DNA of 45,850 bases from a virus (lineage: Duplodnaviria; Caudoviricetes), in IMG/VR virus record IMGVR_UViG_3300005805_000142, positions 1 to 45,850 of that record. One strand, written 5' to 3'. How positions within the stretch are numbered: position 1 is the first letter of the stretch; every line of letters begins with the position of its first letter. The notes beneath the pieces were generated by a model. That model made no database searches, had not been told where the DNA came from, and worked only from the letters and a program-made list of their open reading frames with translations. This document shows positions 25,401-34,400 of the stretch, in pieces. Both the position numbers and the translations under genes were made by a program.

Positions 25401-28400
25401 GCCGTAAATGTTTGATTTTGTGTGTATGATTGATAATCACCTATTTTGTTCACACGATCAAATTTCACTGTGAGGTCAAAAGTTCTAACCTTGGTATCTC
25501 CTAGTATTGCTGTGGCTTTGGCCTGCGTTCCGTCGTTGGAATTTCCTCCTACCAAAGTTACCGTGGGCCGCTGTGTATACCCGCTGCCTGAAGTCAACAT
25601 TCTGATTCCAGACACTCTGCCGTTAGATATATAGGCCTGAGCCGTGGCTCCCGATCCGTTGCCTTCAATGACTACTCTGGGAACCGTGGTATATGTTGTA
25701 CCCCTGTCATATAACAGAATATCAGTGATTGCGTATCCATTGTTATCTGTCCACCATTTCCAAGGATATTCTGTTAATTCTGTGCGTTCGAAAGTTATAG
25801 GAACTACTTTACCGTCTGGTATTGAATAATTAGGGGCAAGATCGAAATCTGCGATAGCTGACTGATAGGGATCTGGAGTGTCGTAACGACTCACATATTC
25901 TCTTACCGTGGTTCTAAAAGGTTTGACTTCATCTATGTATTGCTGATAACTTTCCAGATTATCATTTTTGTAATTTAATTTTTGTTCAAAACTGCCTACA
26001 GAGTGTGTGGCATTTAAGAAACTGGTTTTAAAAACCCAGTCAACGTACTGTTGTTCAGACAGAGCATAACGTATGCTAGAGAAAAATAACTTGTTCCATT
26101 CAACAGCGTAGTCAGCTCTAAAAATATCATCTTTAACAGCCTGTAAAATATTCCGTAATTCAATGGAATTCGAAATATCATAGGTAGTATTATCGAAACT
26201 CTGTGTGTTATCAAATCCTATGCCCGCTACAGTAGTATCATACAACGAAGATTTCAACTCAATCGTTCCGTTTTCTCTTGCGACTAATTTGAATCTGTCT
26301 GAAAAGGATGCTCCGGCGTCGTTGATTTTTTCAAAAATTGCCCATCCGCCAGCACCATATTCTTTGACTCTAATCAGGGAACCTAGTGATATTTGATATT
26401 GCTGTTCTTGAAACACGCTTAGGATTTCTATATCTATCTGAGAATCTTGATCGTATCCTGTGAGATACCAATCCACTGTGTTCCAATACTTGGTAGTATC
26501 ATAGGCCTGAGATTGGCTGCGGAAAAATACCTTTCGAATATCGTCCCAGGCATAGATACTCCAGAAATTGTCTATGGTAGTATCATTGATAACTAAAACT
26601 GAAAAATTCCTTATCTTGGCCAACAGTGTTCGATATCTTTTACCTCTACTCTGTACTGTAACAGTGGCTATCCTTCCTTGATTATCTATAGTAACCGAAA
26701 CTCTAGCACCTGATCCGTCTCCTTCTATTTCCACTGGCGGCACTACTCTATAACCGAATCCCGGTTCAACTATGTCAACAGTGTCAAGTTCGCCGTCTAC
26801 TAAGTTGGCTCGTAAGACGGCCTGCTTGGTTCTCACTGTGCCTACAGTCTGAAGATCAATCTCTGTGTCCACTGTCACATCATACAGATTTAATATTTCT
26901 GCTGGTACTGGATCTTTGTCATTGAGATTGGTAAAATCTATGAGATCGGCAAATGGCTGAGTAATCAACACGTTGTTGATGTTCGTTATAGCCAATTTCA
27001 GTGCTGTTAACCTGTCAATAAACATGCTTTGACGAGGTCTATAGTTTATGCCGTATTTTTGTTTAGCAGGTAATTTTGTATCAGGTACCCTATTTCCCTG
27101 TATATCTGTGCCTACCAAACTGTCGATCCATTTATTTTCCAGCTGTGGGGTCGGTACACTGTCGGCGACAGATTCTGTCAATAATTGATATTCACTGTGT
27201 ATAGGTTTCTGAGATTCTAAATCATTTTTATATTTGATATTGATCAATGCAGTGTCTGACGACATCACCGATTTTACATTGTATAAAACAAACTTATCGG
27301 TTGCTATCAGAGCTAGAAAAGCTGTACCGGTACCTACAGGATTCGCAATAATGTTGGCTACTTCAGCTGCCGACCGTGTTCTATCTGGCATATTCGCAGG
27401 CACCACGGTTTTATTTTCTACCCAATAAAAATAAACAGTTTCTTGTACCTGTCCTGTGGTTGGATTAAGAATTTGTTTTAGACTGTATGCATCGTTATTA
27501 GGATATAGAGGTTGTCCACTGATACCCACTGATAAGCCTTCGTTGGTGTCAGCTACTGCTGCCCACTCGTTGGGCAATAACACACTTCGTACCCATTCAT
27601 ACACAGCAATATCGCTGCCTTCGACCTGTTGATTCCAATTGCCTGTTCTAAAGGCAGCATCACCTTGTTCGGCATAGATCCATTTTGCAGCAGAGGTATT
27701 CCACCATAATTTTCCAACATTAGATTCATACCATGCTATCGCAGGATCTGTGACTACTTGATCATTGCCTATGGTATATACTGCTGGATCATACGGCGTC
27801 TTGAATTTAATTTCTTGTTCTGCTGAGTTAAGTATTTTCCCTTTGGCAGCATCTATGTAATCAAGATCTTGTATTTTAATGTTCTGCACATTGTCATAGA
27901 GTTCTATGCTTCTAATTTTTCTTATGTCTATCACAGGCTGTTGGGTGCTGACAATGTTCCAAGAACTTCGTGCAGGATCTTTCTTAAACAATCTAGCGTT
28001 ACCTATGTATGGTCCCTCAAAGGCCACGACTCCTACATCATGCAATACCGGTAATCTGTAGTATGGGGAGCCCACAGCCACATAAGATCCCACACAGTCC
28101 ACGCTAGAGCCAAATGCTTCATCAGGAGAAAAGACTTCCTGCAGTTTTTCAGTGAGGAAAAATATTTGATCTTTCTTGTCAAATATATAAACTCCGCCGG
28201 TGAAACCTTGGGCAGTGCTGAATCTAGTTGATCTTAGATCAAATGTGGTATCCTGTAGAATGTCAAATGTTATAGGAATACTGTTTGAAGCATTCTTTGC
28301 GCCCACAGCAATTTTTGCTGCATCGGGACTCACTGAAACTCCAAATCCAAAATACTCATTGGGATATGTCTCGAAACTTTCTAGACGCTGTTTTACTCTA

Positions 28401-31400
28401 TATTCAGTGGTAGCATTATCTAATTCCAATACGTACACGCTGCCTTGGTCCTGATAGTTGATATCCGATTTAGGACTAGAAACAACCAAAGTGTTTCCAG
28501 TAAGATCCATGTCCATGGCAAATCCAAACTGATCTCCAGTGCTGATCACCAATCCAGAATCTATATCTGAAAATGAGCTAATAGATGCTGCATTGATCAT
28601 TTGTTTCAGTTCATAGATATCACCTGCGGCGCGAGCATAGACAAAGACCTTGCCACTAGACTGGGTGGTGCTGTCTCCTACCACTTGCCAGTTGGCACTG
28701 TTTGATGGGTCTTCATTGTAGCTTCTATAAGTAGAATCTGCCCCGAGGAATGCATCACCAAGCCTGTAATATTGATAAGAATCCCCAGGAGCTGTTGGAT
28801 CTTTGAATCTCACAACTTCACCTTCTACGTATTCTACATCGCCTCTCCATAGGCCTCGATAATTTACAAAATATTGACCGTCTGCTTCTGGAGCACCTAT
28901 TACCAATATACTGCCGTCTCGATTCATGGCCATGCTGGAACCAAATTTATCACCCTGTTTGACCAACTCCGCCATCTGTGTGTCATTCAGCAGGCCTGTG
29001 ATGGCGAATTCTAGTGTGCTGCCGTCATCTTCTACAGATAATGTAGTTGGCAAAGAACAGTTGGTGCTGATTTCACTGACCTTTAACCAACCTTGAGATT
29101 CTATAGTAATTGTGCTGCCGTCTGAGGTAGAATCTTCTAGATTCATCCATAGATTTCCCCTCACAGCCTCTGCTATGGGATCCTGCGCAGCCTGCCATAC
29201 GATTTCCCCCGCTTTGTAAGATTCTTGGAAATCGTAAACGCCTTTGTACATGGGATTTTCTAAATGTCTCCATACTGTGCCATCGAACTTAAACAGGTAT
29301 ACACGGCCGGTGTTGTTATAGGCACCTGTGGCAGATACTGCCATGTAATACGAGTTGCCGCTGACAGATACAGTTATTTCGCTGCCGAATTTTTCATTGT
29401 CTACGGGCCTCGGACTAACGAACGCAGCGGAGTTTGAAAATCTTCCATTAGCGTAAGTATACACTGCTACCATGCCCTGTTGATACAACCCTGTGTTAAC
29501 TCCAGATTCTAGGGCGGGTATGATCGTAGCTAATTCCCAATCATCTGTGTTTATCGCCAATTCACTGCTGCCATCACCCACCACAGTGTTGGCATTTTTA
29601 GCTCTGTATAGTCTACCACCATATATCACGATTTCATCTGGCTGATATAATTGATCTGTTCCCCACGGTCCTCGGAATGCGCTAGCCACACCGCTGGCCT
29701 CATCGGCACCGACGATCAGTATCTTACCGTCTGGGCTCAGAGACATAGCATTGCCAAAAGATCCTAATGCGTTGGAAAAGAATCCGTTAGGGGGTGAAAC
29801 TATTTGTTTCAGCACCAACCCTGCAGAGCTTTCTGCGTAGACAGTTACAATACCAGAGCCAGGAATGCTGACTATCAGCTGTTTGTTAACTGTGTCATAT
29901 ATCACTTTCTTACCAGCATTTATGGGACTGGTCGTTGCATAATCTGTGATGGCGCTAGAGATATATTGCTTTTGTTTTTCTATGACTTCCCACAGATCAT
30001 TACCGTTGTTGTCGATGAATAGTCTGGAGTTGTTGTAAAGCAGAGCCGACGTTCCTTGGTCTAGTACCTGGTAATCATTAAATCTGCTGTTGGTCAGTAT
30101 CATTGGATTGACCACCGTGCTTTCATCTAATTCTGGATCTTGGATGTCGGCATCGACTTCGATATTGATAGTAGTGTTAGTCACTGACACTATTTTGAAA
30201 AAACCCTGTAGGTTGATGATATTTCTAAATCCTACATAGGTTTCAACTTCAAATGCATGTGGTCGATTAAAGGTCAGCACCACTGAGGTATCATCAAATC
30301 TTTCGAGTCCGGTCACAAACAACATGTCGGATTGATTAGCTCTCAGCACCGTCCATGAATCTCTATCGAATGTTATCCATATGTGATCGTTTTCTCGGAT
30401 CGTGTTGATGTTCAGAGTGGTCAAATCCGCTCTAGTAGGTACTACATGCTCATATTGACCTTCATAGACATAACCTGCTGTTGCCGTGGGTTCTGTGTCT
30501 AAAGAAGTTGGAGTGATATCTGTGACATACGGAGTAGGACTGATCGTAAAATCATTCGCTGTGATTCTATAATTTTGGTCGGTAGCTTGAGTCGTTACCG
30601 CAGATTCAACGAGAAATAATTGTGGATTCAGTTGAAGTTTATTTTTTTCTATCTGAATTTCTATTTCTCTAAGTTGATCAGTGCCTCCCATGCGACCTAC
30701 TAAAAAAGCCCATTCTTCGTTTAGAGCTACGCTATCCGTTCCTGATCTACTGAGCTTACCAAATATTTTTGTTATGGCATTAGCTGATCCTTTTTCACGA
30801 ATAAACCCTTGATACAGTTGGAATTGACTTACTGGATCTTCGGCTAGATTATTCAAATAATCTCTCTGCTGATATCCTATGGTATGTCTTGCTAGTGCTC
30901 GTTGGCTCTGATTAGTGCCTTCGGAAGAAGTTTCGAAATAATCACTGAACTGTTTGATCTTGTAGTCAAAGTTAGGGATCAGTTGTTTTTGCGGTGTGGA
31001 ATCTAATTTGGTCCAAAAAGAATCATTAAAGATTTCTGTGCCAATCTGATTTCTTAAACTGGTCCAGTTAAAACTTTTATATGAAACTATATCACCTAAT
31101 CTGTAATCTGTGAACGGCTGCCAGGTCTGTATGTTTACGTTGTCAAACAAGAAACCCGGACTGGTATAATCGCCATCCCAATCTACTGTGCGGAATCCCT
31201 GTGCCTTGATTCGACCCTGTCGATATCCCGTGGTTTTATCATAGATGATATCATTGAATACTGTGCGATCATCAAACACTGTGACATGTTCTTTTAGTAC
31301 ATAATTTAATTTCAAGAAAAATATACCATCAGTGGTGTTGGTTGTTTCGACCGTGATATTTTGGAAACTACGATTGACATTTAAAAATCTTGGTTCTAAA

Positions 31401-34400
31401 GGCTTTCCATCACCTTTTAGTACCTGGTAATCATAGAACCCGTCCAGTATGTTATCTGCCACCCCCACAGGTACCACCACATCTACTTTTTGCGCCACCG
31501 GACTGATAGCGATCAACGAACCTTGTTCCCAGTTGTGCTTGGTCCAAAACATGAATTCTTTGGCACTGCTGAGCCAGTCTTGGCTGACCTGATTTTCAGG
31601 ATCATATCTATCAAATCTAAATCCTAGACTTTTTAGATAGCTTTCATAACCTAATAGAAAATCTACTACCTGTTGTACGGTAGTAAACAGTGTGCCGTAA
31701 CTGATACGTTTTACAGATAGAGTGTTGAATGTGCGGCGGCGCAGTGCTTCTACTGCACCAACTTTAGGAATGTCGCTGAGTTTTTGCCATGCCGTGGTAT
31801 CGAAGGAATCTCCACTGTTGTGTGTGCGCAGTGCTCTATAGAAATCGTTAGAATATCTTACTATCGTACCGTTGTTATAATTTTTATCTGTGGTCCAGTC
31901 TAAGAATGTTTCGCTGACTCCACCTACGGATATAACCGGGTCTCTCTGGCTGGCCAATGCCTGATGATATTCAAAATAAGGATGTATGTCGTCGTAACCG
32001 GTGGCGATCCAGCCTCCTTCAGTCTTTTCAAATATCACTCCGCTGATGGCTACTGTGGCCACAGGAGCGCCTACATTGAAAATAATATCGTAATTTTCTG
32101 CAGGTACAAATATACTGCTGGTGGTGGCTGAGGGATTTTTTGAGTCTAGCAAGAATTTTTGCTGTTGTTGATCTACAAATCCGCTCATTCTAAAACTTAA
32201 GGCAACATCTAACCTGTTTATTTTTTCTAAAATGCTGTCTTGTGGAATTCCTCTAGATTTCACATAGGCCACAATATATTTCAACAGACCGATGTGTGAA
32301 TCTGATAATGTGTCTGGAGCGATTTCATCGAGTGTGCTGAACAGAGATGTTGCATTATTCACTGTCTGGCCCAACAGATTTGTAGTGGTCCTAGAACGAT
32401 CAAAGTTGTCTGTGATAAATTCAAAGGGTTTCATCAGACACATGGCCATGATCACTGCGAACGGCCATTCTGAACTGGATCTCCAGGCATGTTCTACTGG
32501 ACTTATGTCGCCTAACACGAACGGTCCTCGATTGTTGATCAGTGAAAAATCCTGTGCTAGACTGCTGTCTAACGGGCTTAGTAACACACCATCACCATCC
32601 ACAGGAATATGATTCAACAATCCCGGACGTTTGTATCTGTCATGGCGACCAGCTCTGGTTCCTTGTCTAATATGGCCATTCTCTAAATCTTCCCAGAGCA
32701 AAAGGTTGTTGCGTGTGTATGGGGCGGCACCGTACTGTGTTTGCCACCAAGCAGGTTCTTGGGAAAATCCCAGCATCTCCCAAGGACAGCGATGTGGACG
32801 ATCTGTGTCATAGAACCATTTATATACTCCTCTCCAATAACCAGGCAAAGACTGTGTCTTGGTTGGATCCGACATTCTAGAATAGGTATAGGTAAAACTA
32901 TTCTCACTATCAAAATACGTATTTAAGGTATAATTGATATTGGTGTTCTGTATCCATTTTAAAAATTCTTGATTTACAATATTATCCAGTTGCGGTTTGG
33001 TATAAAGTCCAACACCGTAGTAACCACCTAGGATAGCATCAATGTCAAAGATCTCAGGATTGTATTCCTGCTTGATGTTGTTGTAGATGCGATACTCTAG
33101 TTCTAGTAGCAGGTCATCTCTAAAATCTCCGTAAGCGGCGGTGATACTGCCATCGTGCCCCTGTATAACTTCACGAGGTTCCTGATAGGTATCATCCACA
33201 AATTTCATAGGAGTGTATTTTTTATACAGCCCCATACTGGTAGGAGTTGGCGGAACATGACTGGTTGCTGTGGTAATATATTCACGTATTTCTACCACAT
33301 CATTTTCTTCGAGGGTCACAAGGAGCTGCACAAAACCAAATGTTGAATTGAACACGTAATCTCTGGCATTCAACAATTGACTGTCATTGAGATACACATA
33401 CACCGCTCGTTTGCTGAGTATGTTTAGGTCAAACTTTTCACTAAGTGCAAATGTCGTTATTCCTATGTCTTCTACTCTATATGTGATAACTGTATAGGCA
33501 CCCGCTCCTAGCATGTCACTGTCTGCAAAAGGACTTGCTGCTGTTTTATTTTTTGATAGACTGATAATTACATCGTCAACGAAATTCGGAACGCTGTCAT
33601 TGTAGGCTATTTCTAATGCCCTGGCAGCAAAATTATTTTTGAAATCTGTATAGGCTTTTTTCGCGTACTGTATTGACTTAACCACATTGTGAGTCTTGTC
33701 ACACAGCGTCATTATAGCCAATGGTGCGATTCCTGAATGTTTAAGGAATCGTTTAGCGTGTTTTTCGTATCCAGCAATATCTCTTAGGTTGCTTACTCCA
33801 GGGATAGTTCCGCTGAGTGCAGAATCAAATTCCACAGCCGAAATCACGTGATCCACTGCTTGACCTAGCGTGAAAGACATCAGTTGGGCATTCAACGGAT
33901 TTTTTTCTAGTCCTGCAGGGATTTCATAATAGCCCTGATCTGGTTCTATATCTGTTATAATTTTCAGAGTCACTGTGTCTTTGGCAGACAGTGTGTACGG
34001 GAACACAAATGTATTCGCAGATCTAGCGTATGATCCTGTGTATTTTACTCCATTGATATAAACATTGATAATCGAATCAGTGGATAACAAGGACCAATCT
34101 ATGGTGTTAAATGTCAGCGTATCAGTATCGCTAACTACCACTTGGCTGTCTATTATAGGTTGTATATATTCTGTACCTGCCAGTAACCAGCCGTTGTCAA
34201 AAACTGAATTTGGATTAAATTTAAAGTATCCGGTTGATATCTTCACGCTTTTAGGTATACGTGTTTCTGTGTAATCAGCAACATCTGTATCCCAGTCAAA
34301 ATTAAATTCTATGTCGCCCACATTGTCAATGTTCAGGTAACTGATACTGAAACCTAATTCGGGATCTATCCTGCCTGAACCTGGTTTATAACTGATAATT

